Position numbers and translations under genes: made by a program. From Takakia lepidozioides (taxonomy: Eukaryota > Plantae > Bryophyta): 64,000 nt of DNA. The notes beneath the pieces are model-generated. The model saw only the letters and a list, made by a program, of their open reading frames with translations, was not told where the DNA came from and did not search any database. The stretch lies in the NCBI GenBank assembly GCA_030704615.1, contig CM060734.1, positions 39,866,001-39,930,000 of the forward strand, given 5' to 3'. Positions 1 to 13,529 of this stretch are shown piece by piece. The stretch's first letter is position 1. Every line of letters starts with the position of its first letter.

Positions 1-588
1 TGCGGGGAGCCCGGGCACATGGCCAAGAAGTGCACGAAGCCCCGGCAATTGAACATGACTCGGGCGACCACGGAGCTGTCGGAAGATACCATCAGTCGCT
101 TGGTGGAAGCGGTGGTCGCCAGGACTTGCAAGGTAGGCAAATTTTCTTGTGAGTTGTATCAGGAAACTGGCGCCTTACGAAAAGGGAGTCAGTTATTGTT
201 CGTGGATGGGATAATATCCGGAACTAATGTGTCGTTGTTGGTGGACATAGGAGCGTCGCACTCCTTCATGACGCCGGCGGCGGCGCGAAAGTTGGGACTC
301 CCGACAAGTGACGTGGGGGCCTCTATTGAGGTGCGCTCTGCCAAAGGAGAACCTCAGTTGGCGACAAGGTTGGCGTTTGATGTTCCTCTTCAACTGGGGA
401 GTTGGGAGGGACGTGAGAACTTCACTATCTGCGAGATCGATGGAGTGGATCTCATTTTGGGAATGACCTTTTTGAGCAAATCCGGAGCGGTCATAGATGG
501 CCGCAAGAGAGTAGTCACGCTGCCATGTGGGAATGGTGGCGAGGTTTTACGAGTGTCGGAAACGCCCAAATCCGTGGAGGGCGAATAA
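1..588 (+). CDS. Gag C-terminus plus aspartic protease, frameshifted relative to the rest of pol
   Basis: Zinc-knuckle remnant; LLVDIGASHSF (D-[ST]-G motif altered to DIG); DLILGMTFL protease C-terminal motif. Confidence 0.85.
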   Translation, partial: CGEPGHMAKKCTKPRQLNMTRATTELSEDTISRLVEAVVARTCKVGKFSCELYQETGALRKGSQLLFVDGIISGTNVSLLVDIGASHSFMTPAAARKLGLPTSDVGASIEVRSAKGEPQLATRLAFDVPLQLGSWEGRENFTICEIDGVDLILGMTFLSKSGAVIDGRKRVVTLPCGNGGEVLRVSETPKSVEGE

Positions 589-675
589 ACCTTCTATCAG
601 CAAAGGAGTGGGCCGTGGAGGAGACACACGAGTCCCAGTTTTTGCTTTACATTAGAGAAGTGAAAGGAGAAGGCG

Positions 676-3531
676 ATGGGAGCCGAGCCCAGATTGGATC
701 AAGGGGATTTTGGAGAAATACCAGGATGTGATGCCGAGGATTTACCAAGCGGCTTGCCACCGCGAAGAGGAGTTGACCACAAAATTGAGGTGATACCGGG
801 ATCGGAACCGCCTGCCAAGGCGCCCTACCGGTTGAGCCACAAAGAGTTGGTCGAGCTGAAGACTCAGCTCAAAGATCTAATGTCAAAGGGGTACATCCGG
901 CCGAGTAAGTCACCTTACGGAGCCCCGGTGCTATTTGCAGACAAGAAGGATGGGACGCTGCGGATGTGTGTCGATTACAGGGCTCTGAATAAGGTGACTA
1001 TCAAAAACCGGTACCCTTTGCCAAGGATCGACGACCTCTTCGATCGGTTGGCAGGAGCGAAGTATTTCAGCCGGATCGACTTGCGCTCCGGCTATCACCA
1101 AATTCGGGTGGCGGAAGGAGATGAGGAGAAGACCGCGTGCAGGACAAGGTATGGTTCATATGAGTTCTTGGTGATGCCTTTTGGGCTCACCAATGCACCA
1201 GCGACATTTAGCACGCTGATGAACAGCCTTTTCCAGGAGTGGTTGGATGACTTTGTGATCGTGTACATCGACGACATCTTGGTGTACTCGAAAACAAAGG
1301 AGGAGCACCTGGAGCACCTCAAAAGGGTGTTCCAAAAATTGCGAGAAGGGAAGCTGTATGCCAAAGCTTCAAAGTGCGAATTCGGGGTCACAAAAGTGGA
1401 GTTCTTGGGGCACGTGATTACACAGGATGGGATCAAAATGGATGACAGAAAGGTGAGGGCGATCTTGGACTGGGAGCCTCCGACTTCGGTCCCGGGAGTG
1501 CGATCCTTCCTAGGACTCGCCTCCTATTACCGGAAGTATGTGAGAAATTTCGCCAAGATCGCGGGGCCGCTGTCGGACCTTCTGTGTAAATCCAAAGTCT
1601 GGGTATGGAACACATTTTGTGGCCAAGCTTTTGCTGAATTGAAGCAGCGGATGACGGAAGCTCCAGTCTTAAAAATCCCGGAGTTCGATCGTCCGTTTGA
1701 GATTCATACAGATGCATCGGACTTCGCAATTGGGGGTGTACTTATGCAAGATGGACGTCCAGTGGCTTACGAAAGTAAGAAACTGAATGAAGTGGAGCGA
1801 CGGTGGCCGACGCACGAAAAAGAGATGAAGGCGGTGGTACATTGCCTTGAACTCTGGCGCCACTATGTTGGTTCCAACCCAGTGAAGGTGTTCACGGACA
1901 ATGTCACGGTGAAGTATTTTGCCACGCAGCCCAAGTTGTCCCCAAAACAACTTAGGTGGCAAGATACTTTGGCAGTGTTCGACGTGGATATCCAGTACAA
2001 ACCGGGACGGGACAATGTGGTGGCCGATGCTTTAAGTAGAAAGCAGCAGCTCTTGTTGGTGTACAAGGGCGAGACGGCGCTCCAAAGGAAGATCCGGAAG
2101 GCTTGCCGGAAGGATGAGCTGGCAAAGTGCGTGATGCAGAACTTGAGAATGGGGGTTAAATCGCAGTTCCACTTGCAAAACGGACTGCTCCGGTATAAGC
2201 AAAAACGTCTCTATGTGCCAAAGGGAGGGATCAGGGATAGTCTCTTGAGAGAATGCCATGATAGCCCGCTTGCGGGCCACGGTGGAGCCAAGCGCACTGC
2301 GGCACTCTTGAAGAAAGAGTATTTCTGGCCCAAACTGAGGGAGGAGGCAGAGGAGTATGTAAAGACATGCACCACATGCCAACAAAACCGGAGCGAGTAT
2401 AAAAAGCAAGCGGGGCTGTTACAACCCTTGCCGATTCCAGAGGGGACTTGGGAAAGCGTCTCGATGGATTTCATGACTGCTATGCCGCTGTCAAAAGGAT
2501 TCGATGCAATCATGGTGGTGGTAGATAGGTTCAGTAAAATGGCCCATTTCATCCCCACCAAGGAGACGGCTACTGCGCAGGAGACAGGGCGACTTTACTT
2601 CGCCCACGTCTTAAAGCATCATGGAGTCCCGAAGGATATTGTCTCGGACCGCGACCCAAAGTTTACGAGTAAATTCTGGAGAGCACTTTGGAAGAAGATG
2701 GGGACGAGGCTGAAGATGAGCACCGCTTTCCGACCTACGACGGACGGCCAAACGGAAAGAGTGAATTCCGTAGTGAAGCAATTCTTGCGGAATTACGTGT
2801 CGGCAGACCAATCAGACTGGATGGAACACTTAGACGCGGCAGAGTTCTGTTATAATAACACAGAACACTCCGCGACGGGAGTTTCCCCTTTTGTGTTGGT
2901 CTATGGAAAAGCACCTCTGGTGCCGACAAGTTGGGCCGCCCAGGACGTTGAGGAACCGGCAGTAGCGGCGGTACTGGAAGAACGCGAGCGTTTGTTGAAG
3001 CTCGCAAAGTACAACATTGCCAAAGCTAGGAAACGGTATGAAAGGCAGGCGAATCGGAAGCGGAGGGAAGTGAAGTTTGAGGCAGGCACAGAGGTCTGGT
3101 TGAACATCAAGAATTTTCGACTACCTCCAGAAATGAGTCCGAAGTTCGTACCTCCGTATGCGGGTCCCTTTCGCATTCGGAGGGTTATGAATGAGGATGT
3201 GTATGAATTGGAGCTGCCAGCAAACAGCAAGGTGCACCCAGTATTCCATGTCTCCCTTTTGAAGCCTTACTTCAAAGATGAAGCACGTCCGAATCGGCAG
3301 CAAGTGTTGCGTCCGCCACCTATGCTGTTGGATCATGAAAATGAACCCGAGTACGAGGTGGAGGCAATACTTAAGTCGAGGAGGTTCAAGAACCGAGAAA
3401 CGGAGTATCTCGTCAAATGGAAGGGCTATCATCTTGTGGAGGCATCTTGGGTGCGTGCCTCAGAAATGGGAAACGCATCCGAGGCAGTTGCAGCGTTCGA
3501 AGGGCGACCTCAAAAGCGGAAGAAGCGTTGA
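676..3531 (+). CDS. Pol: reverse transcriptase, RNase H, integrase, chromodomain
   Basis: [23 protein letters not shown]; [12 protein letters not shown]; H-H-CC zinc finger, [18 protein letters not shown]; GPF motif; EYEVEAIL...YLVKWKGY...SW chromodomain. Confidence 0.97.
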   Translation: MGAEPRLDQGDFGEIPGCDAEDLPSGLPPRRGVDHKIEVIPGSEPPAKAPYRLSHKELVELKTQLKDLMSKGYIRPSKSPYGAPVLFADKKDGTLRMCVDYRALNKVTIKNRYPLPRIDDLFDRLAGAKYFSRIDLRSGYHQIRVAEGDEEKTACRTRYGSYEFLVMPFGLTNAPATFSTLMNSLFQEWLDDFVIVYIDDILVYSKTKEEHLEHLKRVFQKLREGKLYAKASKCEFGVTKVEFLGHVITQDGIKMDDRKVRAILDWEPPTSVPGVRSFLGLASYYRKYVRNFAKIAGPLSDLLCKSKVWVWNTFCGQAFAELKQRMTEAPVLKIPEFDRPFEIHTDASDFAIGGVLMQDGRPVAYESKKLNEVERRWPTHEKEMKAVVHCLELWRHYVGSNPVKVFTDNVTVKYFATQPKLSPKQLRWQDTLAVFDVDIQYKPGRDNVVADALSRKQQLLLVYKGETALQRKIRKACRKDELAKCVMQNLRMGVKSQFHLQNGLLRYKQKRLYVPKGGIRDSLLRECHDSPLAGHGGAKRTAALLKKEYFWPKLREEAEEYVKTCTTCQQNRSEYKKQAGLLQPLPIPEGTWESVSMDFMTAMPLSKGFDAIMVVVDRFSKMAHFIPTKETATAQETGRLYFAHVLKHHGVPKDIVSDRDPKFTSKFWRALWKKMGTRLKMSTAFRPTTDGQTERVNSVVKQFLRNYVSADQSDWMEHLDAAEFCYNNTEHSATGVSPFVLVYGKAPLVPTSWAAQDVEEPAVAAVLEERERLLKLAKYNIAKARKRYERQANRKRREVKFEAGTEVWLNIKNFRLPPEMSPKFVPPYAGPFRIRRVMNEDVYELELPANSKVHPVFHVSLLKPYFKDEARPNRQQVLRPPPMLLDHENEPEYEVEAILKSRRFKNRETEYLVKWKGYHLVEASWVRASEMGNASEAVAAFEGRPQKRKKR

Positions 3532-3565
3532 TGGGGACATCAACCTTGGAGCGTGGGGGAGGAAA

Positions 3566-5160
3566 TGCATGCTTAGCCCGGTTTAGCTAGCTTAGGAATC
3601 CGATTGCAAAAACTTGTATTGTACAAAAATTTGTGATAAAGGAAATGGGTTCCAAATATTGTGCGTCCTATTGTGTTTGGAATGGTGATGCATGGTGTGG
3701 TTGGCTGGTGTGTAGAATGCATGCTAGCTTACAAAAGTGGGAGAGGTAAATTGGGTTAATCGTGTGTTTGCGCAGTGCCGAAATCGGGTGACTCCCATCC
3801 AAGGGGCAAGGAAACTTGCGCCTTATTTGGGAGTTCAAGTGCTAGTGCGCACCTGGCGCGTGCGCGTACTATAACTGCGCTACCGAGGGGGTTGCCTTGT
3901 AGTGCGGGCTAACGCGGAAGCTACGTGCTTCCGTTCACGTACTATAATCGTGTAGCCTCGGGACGAAATCGTAGTGCGGCTTCGGCGTGTTCCCGTACCT
4001 CAGGCCAGCATTCCAAGGCGGACCCAATTGTAGTGATTGGGGCGCACGGTTGGTTCAAGGTTATCTTCCTAGTCAAAGAGGGTTCCAGGTGAACCCTTGC
4101 TCAAGGTGATGCCAAAAGCGGCATCATGAGCGATCGCAAGCAATGTTGTTGCAGTAAGGCGATTCGATCCTCGGGGAGGATCGTTCCTTGGCCTTGAAGT
4201 AGGCCAAGAAGAGTGCACTGGGAGGAGCTGGAGAGGCTCCACCCTTGGCCGGGACTTGGAGGAAGTCGGCCGAACTAGCTAGTGGAGAGTGGAGTCAAGT
4301 GTGGGGTTTGGTTCTTTGCCATGGGACGCCATGGTACGGAAACAAACTCCTTGATGTGGGACGCCACAACTTGGATGTTCGTTTCTACAAAATGGACAAG
4401 TCGATGAGGACATCGACTCCCTGTTGGTAGGGGTGTGTGTCGCGGCCCTTTGCCTTGAGGGCAGGGGGTCGGGACACATGAGGGGCTGCCCCTGTGGTGG
4501 GGGCAGCGGCGGCGATAGGTATGGGGGGCTGAAGCACCCTTGAGTGCCCAAGGCACTCAAGGAGGCGGAGGCGCTCACTAGGTGGAGCCCCGCACACGGG
4601 TTGCGGTGGAGGTGGCTCCACAAGGGGTGGTGGTAGCTTAGTGGGACTTAGTGGGGGTGGCATAGGACTCACTATGGGGTGGAGACCTCGAGGTGGGAGT
4701 CGTGGAGAGTCTTGGGACTCATCACGGTCCATTGGGGCCGCGGTGAGTGGGCCAAGACTCACCGCGACTCACCACCGGGAGTCGAGGGTTTTCGTGGTGG
4801 TTCGCCATAAAATGGCATGGCTGGTTATGAAACCCCCGCGGACAGCTACAGAAGTATATATAGGGAGTAGTAACCCCGAGAACGGTGCAAGCCCGTTGGT
4901 GACCAAAAACTAGTGAGTAAGCGTGCGAGCCGGAAAGCGACCAAAGAGTGGGGAGCTGTTCCGGACTGCCATCTACCAAAGGGAATTCTCCTAGTCCCAA
5001 ATAGGTGGAGGGTTTAGAGGGAAGCGGAAGGGGACCGTTATGTCCCGGTGAGCAGCCGAAACTCCAAGTTGGCCCGGCGGCCAGGTTGGGAGTCAGGCGC
5101 GCGCATCAAGGCGAGTAACTATGACTTGAAGGGGAGTTTACCGAACTGAGGTGTGCGACA
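3566..5160 (+). repeat. 3' LTR (~1.6 kb) of the chromovirus
   Basis: Follows the PPT, starts TG and ends CA. The partner LTR lies outside the window, so boundaries are inferred. Confidence 0.65.
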
Positions 5161-6622
5161 TTATGTCTGTCTCTTGCATAAGTGCATCAAGATGAAAGGC
5201 CTAGAAGCCGGAAAACAGGTGCATGCTCACATTATCCAAAGTGGATTCAAGCCCAACGTTTTTCTATGCAACACCCTTGTTAACATGTATGTGAAGTGTG
5301 GGAGCATTGTGGATACACACTGAGTGTTCAACAAAATGCCTGAACAAGGTGTGATCACGTGGAATATAATGATGGCTGAACGAGATGTGATCTCGTGGAA
5401 CGCAATGATCACTGGATATGCTCAGCGTGGGTGCAGGATGAAGGCTTTGGAGACCTATGAGCAAATGATTCAGGAAGGGTTGAACCCAGACCAGGTCACA
5501 TTTGTTTCTATTTTCAATGGTTGTGCCAGCGTAGGAGCCCTGGAGAGGGGCAAAGAGGTTCATGCTGATATCCTTAAAGCTGAAATTGCATCTGATATCA
5601 TTTTGGAGAATACCCTTGTTGACATGTATGCCAAATGTGGGAGCATGAACGATGCACATCAAGTGTTTGATGATACGGCTGAACGGAATGTGGTGTCATG
5701 GAGTGCGATCATTGCTGGATGTGCCCAGCATGGTCATGGTATTGAGGCCCTGCATCTCTTTGAACGCATGCAACAGTAGGGCATGCAGCCAAACAGTATC
5801 ACTTTTATATCTCTTCTCTCTATGTGTATTCATGTGGGCCTAGTGGATGAAGGCCTTCACTACGGTTGTCTGTCTCTTGCTTAAGTGCATCAAGATGAAA
5901 GGTCTGGAAGCTGGAAAGCAGGTGCACACTCACATTTTCCAAAGTGGATTCACGCCAAGGATGCGAAGGGAGTTTTCAACACTATGGCTGGACAAGATGT
6001 TGTGTTGTGGCACGCGATGCACAGCAGGGACGTGGGATGGTGGCTTTGGAGACCTATGATCAAATGATGGGGGAAGGGGTGAAGCCCAACCACATCATGT
6101 TTGTGCGCATTTGCAGGCCTAGCAGCCCTAGAAAAGGGCTAAGAGGTGCATGGTTGCATCGCGAAAGCTAGAATTGTACCAGATGTCATTCTGAACAATA
6201 CCCTTGTGGACATGTATGCCAAATGTAGGAGGCATTTCAGCAGATTCAGATACGTTTGTCTGTCTCTTGCTTAAGTGCATCAAGATGAAAGGTCTGGAAG
6301 CTGGAAAGCAGGTGCACACTCACATCATCCAAAGTGGATTCACGCCAAGGATGCGAAGGGAGTTTTCAACACTATGGCTGAACAAGATGTTGTGTCGTGG
6401 CACGCGATGCACAGCAGGGACGTGGGATGGTGGCTTTGGAGACCTATGATCAAATGATGGGGGAAGGGGTGAAGCCCAACCACATCACGTTTGTGCGCAT
6501 TTGCAAGCCTGGCAGCCCTGGAAAAGGGCAAAGAGGTGCATGGTTGCATCTCGAAAGCTGGAATTGTACCAAATGTCACTCTGAACAATACTCTCGTGGA
6601 CATGTATGCCAAATGTAGGAGG
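5161..6622 (+). pseudogene. PLS-class pentatricopeptide repeat (PPR) pseudogene with an internal ~390-bp tandem duplication
   Basis: PLS motifs (DVISWNAMITGYAQ, PDQVTFVSIFNGCASVGALERGKEVH, NTLVDMYAKCGS) broken by stops and frameshifts. ~5866-6232 is nearly identical to ~6256-6622. Confidence 0.9.
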
Positions 6623-7492
6623 GAACACAGGGCCCACTGTGAAAATGTCCTTCTACCAAGGGGGCGCTATCGATAAACACGACATCCTCGTTAGTTTCAA
6701 CCGGGCGACAGAAACCACTGACATTTTGTTCAAATATAGGCACCCGGTCACTGAGGAGGTCCTTGAGAGGCCAGTTAGAGTTCCTTCTTCTTGGGCGAGG
6801 GGACCATAGGTCTTGCATGCTAGAGTAGACATGTTTCGACTCGCTGACACTCATGGCACATACATTTTCATTCAGAAATCAAGCAGCTTCCCTGTGCCAT
6901 ATGGGGAATATACATGCTTGGATAATCTTCTGTTAAGGTTTTTTGCAATTCGCTGCCAGTATGCTGGGACGTGTCATTTGTCGTATGGATTGCTGTTTGC
7001 ACAAGGTGCAGTATGCAAATGCTGGAATGTGCAGTAGGACCCTTCCCACTGGGACACAGAACTAGCAATCTTGTAAAGGCATTACATTTGCAGAATAGTA
7101 ACAATGTATTTGTAGCAAATTGGAGTCTTCTCATAAAGGTGGACGAAAACGCCAGGATGGGCTGCGAAATCACTACAAATTGAATGAAGAGCAGTAACAA
7201 GGAAGCACTATGCAGTACACAGACCATAAACGGCGCTGAAATAGGCCTCAATGCCCGTTAATCTCCACACAATGTATGCTTTACTCGGATCCATTTGTAG
7301 ACAACCAAAATAAAAAAAGCATGCGCATGCCATTCATGGCCAAAAACCACATTCTCATGTATTGCGGCACCAAAATTCACCTGTAGCCATGGCGATGCGG
7401 CACCACCAAGTGTATAATTCCTCACAAAAAAATAGGGTGCAAGAAGATGAATGTAATATAATTGCCACTTTCTCCTTCCCGAATGTGGAATG

Positions 7493-10400
7493 TCAAGCAG
7501 TCCGACCAGTATCCTGCCGTAGGGCCTTGTGCAGCTCGTTGAAACTCAGTGTTGGAGCATGGATGAAGACGTCCACTGCGGATATGCAACTCATGCGCTT
7601 CAGAAAAATGTAATAAAGGTGTTTGCAGGGGACGTATGCTGCATTCTTTGATTCCATAACAAGGAAGTCCTCACAGTTGCAAGCTGGGTACTGTGAAACC
7701 GTGATTGCATACACAACACTGCGCGCAGCAGACCCGGCTGTTGACAACTGAAATATGCGCCCCATCCCGGGGTGAGGAACATCCCTGCAACCTTGCACTA
7801 TGCAGGGCATTGCAAGAGCGTTGGCCATCATGGTGTCGTTCGCCTTTGTTGGTGGCCGCCGTCTTTTCAGTTTCCCCCACCGATGGGTGGGCCAAGCTGC
7901 GGGGTCACCCACCGGTATGCGGGGCGAAGAGCTTCTCGTGGGAGGAGGATGACGATTGGGAATTGGATTTCGTGGAACGTCTGTCCTCTCCACCAGTCAA
8001 AACCCTGCACTTCCTAGAGCGTCTGCCTCCTCCAGGGTAAGATCTGTACCAGTTGCCACAGGCCAGACTGCCGGTGGTTCAGGCATGCCTTGTACACCAT
8101 ACTTGGGCTTGCCGAACACACACGACATGATGTCGTGCCTGCAGAACCAAAACTCCTTCAGTGCGACCTCCACAAACTTTGCGCACACAAATCTCCCTGT
8201 GAAGCAAGGGGCAGGTACACTGCCCTGCGGGCTCCTCCGAATCATCTCATTGCATCTCTGGTTGGTGTCGACACGAACAGCACAATATTTGCCACGAAAT
8301 GTCGGACGGGTCCGTGCAATTCTCCACTGCGAGGCCGACACATCTCGCTCCACGATTGGAATGTTGTATTGGGTAACGAAAACAGGAGCAACATGCTCAT
8401 CCTCGGCATGTTGTCCCGAGTCTGGCAGCGATTCCATGGATGCTGCAGGAGAGGGGGTACGAGTCTTGCTTCGTGGAGGCGTGGGACGCAACATCGTTGC
8501 GCCCCGAGGTTGAGTGCGGATGTTCATATCTGATCTCCATGAATCCCCATCCCCTCCGGGCATGTCCTCAATTCTTCTCTTCACCGGCCGGCTGCGGACA
8601 TCGCCCTCCAGGCAGTTCCCCCGACTGTGTAACGGCGTTGACCTTATTGTTTCCCGCAATGCAGCAGTCCATTTTTTGGGATCGGTCGAACGATGCGCCA
8701 CCCTCATCAGCATCTCCTGCCTGTCTGGTCTGATACCCCATTGCTTTCCTCCCAGAAACTGGTAGTAATGAGATTGTTGCATGATGCCCTCACAATATCT
8801 TTTGTTGTTGCTGTCAACATGTCAACGAGATGTGCCACAGAGGAAGCACGCCAGGAAGAGTGCACCGATTCGGCCATGTTCATCGTCGGCATATCCGTAT
8901 CATCCTCCAAGCTCATGTCCTGTTGAAGGAAATTAGAAATGTCACTGATTGTGAAGAATGTCCAAGCACAAAACAGAACAATTGTCAAGTACAGAAATGT
9001 GTTACCTGTCTCATGTAGTCTCCAAACTGGCGGAATCTATAGTGCCACCACGCAAGCCACGTTTGCAGTTCTGGCTGATCTTTCACATCCACTGCCCCTG
9101 AAGACACCCACCAGGCGCGTATGGTTGCAAACTCGGTCTCCGCCTCGTCGATGGAATTCGCATTTTTCCACGCTAGGCACATACTGATATGATCTTGCCG
9201 GTGGCGTGACGCCACGAACCTTTTCGTGTTTTGCGTCAAACTCTGCATGAAGTGGAACCCGCAAGATCTCTCATTTCCTTCCATTGGAGTCTTTGGGTCG
9301 TCCTCATATACCCTCCTAACTGCAGCCCAGTTCGCTTGGGCATTGTCAGCCATGAAGCCCCTAAAATCGGGAGGGGGCAACTTGGCTCTCGCCATTTGCT
9401 CATTAATTCCGCGCCACATATGCAACTCCGAATCTGTGTCTTCTCCCTTCATTTCGCAGATAGCAATGGTCATCAACTTTCTGCAATGTGGGTCGTATAC
9501 ATGTGCCCCCATTGTCACCCAATCGTGGTTGGTAATTCGCCGGATGTGGTCGAACATGACCCAACAATTTGAGAGGTCTCCACTGGTCATCCGCTTCACC
9601 AAATCGACGCCGCTCCCCGGTCCGCACGTTGACATCTTAAATATGAAGCACATGTCCGTCTCCGAGCCTTGACCAGGAAAGAAGCTGCCTTGGATGAAGT
9701 CGTAGCCGCATGTGCGCTTCACTTCCAAGATGGAGTGCATGTCTGATCCTCTTCCGATTCGTTTCTTGCAGCCGACAATGTGGTTCCTGACATTGGGGCT
9801 GCACACATGGGAGACAGCTTCCAGCAGGTCCTTCATGTCCCCCTCGCCCAGCTTCTCTTTGTGCTTCCGTCCTCCGACATTATTCTGCCAATTGCAATCC
9901 TATGTGCCGATGCGAGCTGTATCTGCTTTGGTTTTGCACCCGGCCTCAACCTCACCTCTTGATAATATCCTGGGCTTGTTGAAAAGCGATTCTGCAATTG
10001 CCTCTGGCGAGGGGGTGCTCATGCTTTCCGATGTGAATGCATGCTCTGGTGCACGCTGGGCCGACGGTCCCGACGTAGTACTGCTTGGCATTGCACACTG
10101 CCATGCATGTAGGGGCTGCGTTGCAATGGGCACACTTGAACGTCCCTGCAGGAACTCTACCTTGAGGCCAAAATGGGGTCGACAAATTGCCAATCCAGTC
10201 AGTCTCATTCCTGGTGCCTTTGCTAGTGTAATGGTAACATGTGCTCGAGAAACATTTAAGATGCCCAGCACACAATACATATCTCACTCGAACTCCATCA
10301 CCCAGGTTGGACGATGAAGTTTTGGTGACACACCAAGGGTGGCCGTCATGTTTCCTGTTCATTCCTGCGAGCATGCCGTCTGGGTCTGCGCCTGCCGGCA

Positions 10401-11189
10401 CTGAGGAAACTCGTAGATAGCATTCCCATCCACAACATCAGGCAAAGTTTCCACAGAATGGATTGGAGTTTTGTCGTAATCAAGCCTAAGAAGGTCACTG
10501 GAGCGGGAACCCGTTGTCTTCATCCTCCGCAATATATCGATTACTGAGCGGACGGAAGTTGAGTCGGACGGTGTATGCTGAACACTCCTAGTGACGGACG
10601 ACTTCGAAACATACGATGGAAGGACCATACAATCTTCATCGTCACTGGATAAGTCGTGGACGACTGTTTCCCTGTTTTCCTGGATTTCCCTTTTCACATG
10701 TTTGGGCTTCTCTACTTATGAAGAGGTGCCCACATCCTTCACATCTTGCACGCCAGACCCTCTTGTGGAAGGAGGATCAACCAAGTTCCAGCGTGGGAAC
10801 TCTTTAGGCACGATTTCACCAATGGCACTGTACCGGATGGATTCAGAAGCTGGGAGCCGCCACTCTTTGCCTTTTCCGAAATCTACATGCAGAATGACGG
10901 CACTTTCCAGAAAATTTCCATAAGCATCCTTCGTCTCCTCTTCCAAAAACACCGTTCCAGGGCGGAGCCCGAACTTCACACACAAGTACTGCTCAGTGAC
11001 AATCGCAAATCCTTGGTCGCAGGGTATTTTAGCTTTCAGAGAATCAGGATGGAAGTACACGTTTACCCAAACACGGGAGTCCATTTTGAAGACGGGACCT
11101 CTCGGTACGCTCCGCAGCGAAGTCTTACAATGAGAAGAGTGTGTCCTACCTAATAACACAAATGATTTTCTGGAGGATTCCGTATCCAA
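7493..11189 (-). pseudogene. MULE transposase (GCM-like Zn domain, DDE core, SWIM finger); several frameshifts, at least one intron (8920-9005)
   Basis: WVMFDH...FMADNAQANW...RSCGFH (D, D, CxxH) and TMNMAESVH (E). C-terminal CNCEDF...CKHL SWIM finger. N-terminal W...C.G...C...CxxC...C...HEHP resembles a GCM-type domain. GT-AG intron GTAAC...CAACAG. Confidence 0.85.
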
Positions 11190-11269
11190 CAGGATGGGTG
11201 ATCAGTGCACGTAAAGATGAAGGTGTGTAACGTACGTTACAAAAACGGACGACAACAGCAAGTTCACAT

Positions 11270-13020
11270 CGGATATTTGGTGCCTGAATTGTAATGTACA
11301 ACCACTTGGGCTACAATAAATCAGGCATTCCCATGAATTTCGGCACCGAAATCTGGATGAACATCTCTGTCATATAACAGCTTTGGAAGCCAGGGGATGA
11401 ATTCCGGCAACAGAAATCGTAATTTGTTCACCTCATGAAACTGACCAAGCACCCAACGGATGGATTTCGGTGCCGAAATTCGGATGAACATCTTCTTCAT
11501 TAAATTGTTTCTGCACATATGGGTTGAATTTGGATGCCAAAATACGGATGAATGTGTTCCTGATTACAGTCGTGATTCACCACGTGTCCGGATATCGGTG
11601 CCGACATCCGAATGACAGTAATCCTGAATTGGCAGAATGGATGTATTTCGGCGCCGAAATTCATTCTTCATCTCCTTTTCCGACCCTAATTCTGCTACCC
11701 TGCGGATGGATTTCGGTGGCGAAATTCATCTGAAGTCTTTTTTTTTTTTTTTTTTTTTGCGACAGATGAACTTCGGCGCCGAATCTCATCCAAGTACTCC
11801 CTTCTAATTTTCCTTTTTCTTCGCGAGCAATGAATTTCGGCGCCGAAATTCATCCGAAGTCCTCCCGATTTTATTTTTTCTTCGCAAGCAATGAATTTCG
11901 GCGCCGAAATTCATCAGAAGTCCTCCCGAATTTTTTTTTTTCTTCGCGAGGATTTAATTTCGGCGCCGAAATTCATCCAAAGTCCTCCCGAAATATATTT
12001 TTTTCTTCACGAGCAATGAATTTCGGCCACTAAATTCAACCGACTTCATCCCTCCAAATTCTTTTCAGGGTTTGAGAGCCGGATTTCGGCGCCGAAATTC
12101 ATCCAATGCCCTCCCTCCAATATTTATTTTTCTTTGAAATGGATGAATTTCGGCGCCGAAATTCATCCTTACTGTCCGCAATGAGTAACTGTAATATTAT
12201 ATTTTCTATGCGACGGATGAATTTCGGCGCCGAAATTCGTCCAAACCCGACACTTACTTTTTGCTTCTGGATGATATAATTTTCCGTAAATCGTTGGAAA
12301 TACCCCGTTCCGACGAAGATAACAGGAATATTCTGCATTTAATGGAGAAATCGGCATATTAAACCCCTTCTGTCAAAATTAATTGCATTTTAGCCGTTTT
12401 TTTCATTTGAAACCGACAGTATCCATTAAGTGGTCTTTTTCGCACGGGACGTTGCCGCACATAAAGTATAATTTCGGCGCCGAAATTATAGTTAAATGTC
12501 CAGAAATGGCAAGTCCAACAGGCATGGACAACATCCGTTAGGGGCAATGATGGCGGCAAAGCGTAGCATGGTGCCGATTTAGTCTTCGCTCTGGATGAAT
12601 TTCGGCGCCGAAATATGGATGATTTCACCTCGTCTACGCGCGGACGGAGATATTCGTAATGAATTTCGGCGCCGAAATATGGATGAAATGTGCCCAAGTG
12701 CAACCGTTTCCACTGTCCCGGAATTAATTCCGGCTCCGATATCCCACTGACAGGTTTGCTCATGACGGATGAGGACTTGGGAAGCGATGAATTGCGGCGC
12801 CGAAATTCGTAAGTTTGTGTATGAAAGCACTTGAATAGGATGAATTTCGGCGCCGAAATTCATCCGTCCGCTGATGAAACGTACCGACCTGACTGTTGAA
12901 TGTCATAGGCAGGGGATTTTCATGGCGGTTGGGTTTCATGATGTGCGGATATTTCATTCAATGTCGGCTGCTCCGGGAACAGCATTCGGTGAACGGAAGG
13001 TATTTCGGTGCCGCAATTCG
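11270..13020. repeat. Array of >20 palindromes, consensus (GGAT)GAATTTCGGCGCCGAAATTC(ATCC), in the divergent intergenic region
   Basis: Perfect 28-bp palindrome at 12141-12168. Copies start at e.g. 11335, 11399, 11462, 11526, 11590, 11643, 11708, 11768, 11832, 11893, 11955, 12018, 12081, 12145, 12219, 12597, 12661, 12725, 12789, 12842. Confidence 0.95.
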
Positions 13021-13529
13021 GATAAACCGTCTTGTACTGGTGGCTGGAACTGGGCACGCGTCGTGTTCCAGTCGACTTCATCCGTGCGAACGTGTCAGGG
13101 GTCACAATCTCTTCATCACCCATACGGCAGAAAGTGGTGGACGGTGGCAACGCTTCGGGAGACGTGGCTGCTTACGCATCTGCTCGTGCATAGTGGTTGC
13201 ATGTTCCACCGCTTCGCTCTTTCGCTCCTTGCCCTTCTGCAGTGACATTCTCCTGCGTTTCCTCTCCTTATGCGGCATAGTGATAGCATAGAGTTTGTGG
13301 AAGGTCAGGTGACTCCGGTAAAGAGAAGGAGGACGCGGGATTTTGGGAAGCCGCCGACGACACGACTTAAGCTCCGTCTCATGCATGAAATGCAGACCTC
13401 GTTATCCGGAGACTCGGATCGCCCACCAGTGAGAGATTCGTGCTTCGCGGATGTGAAGCACTCCATACGCAATATTCCTTTTACACCCTTTTTTTTGCGT
13501 GCAGTGTCTCATGTTTTCCTGTTTGTTTG

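Larger units (their letters stand above)
1..5160 (+). mobile_element. Ty3/gypsy chromovirus LTR retrotransposon, 5' part outside the window
   Basis: Gag zinc-knuckle end (CGEPGHMAKKC) at 1-33, then protease, RT, RNase H, integrase and chromodomain. A purine tract (GCGTGGGGGAGGAAA, ~3551-3565) is followed by a non-coding TG...CA block ending GTGTGCGACA at 5160, where PPR-like sequence resumes abruptly. Confidence 0.92.

Noticed and set aside
5113-5126. GAGTAACTATGACT match to a conserved LSU rRNA segment
   Set aside because: Only 14 nt with no flanking rRNA similarity; compatible with chance.
7956-10317. Long plus-strand ORFs opposite the transposase
   Set aside because: Antisense shadows of the minus-strand coding sequence, with no independent motifs.
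11270-13020. CRISPR array (palindromic repeats with ~43-bp variable spacers)
   Set aside because: The context is eukaryotic with no cas genes. The repeats are degenerate, some spacers resemble each other, and the motif is also scattered in introns.
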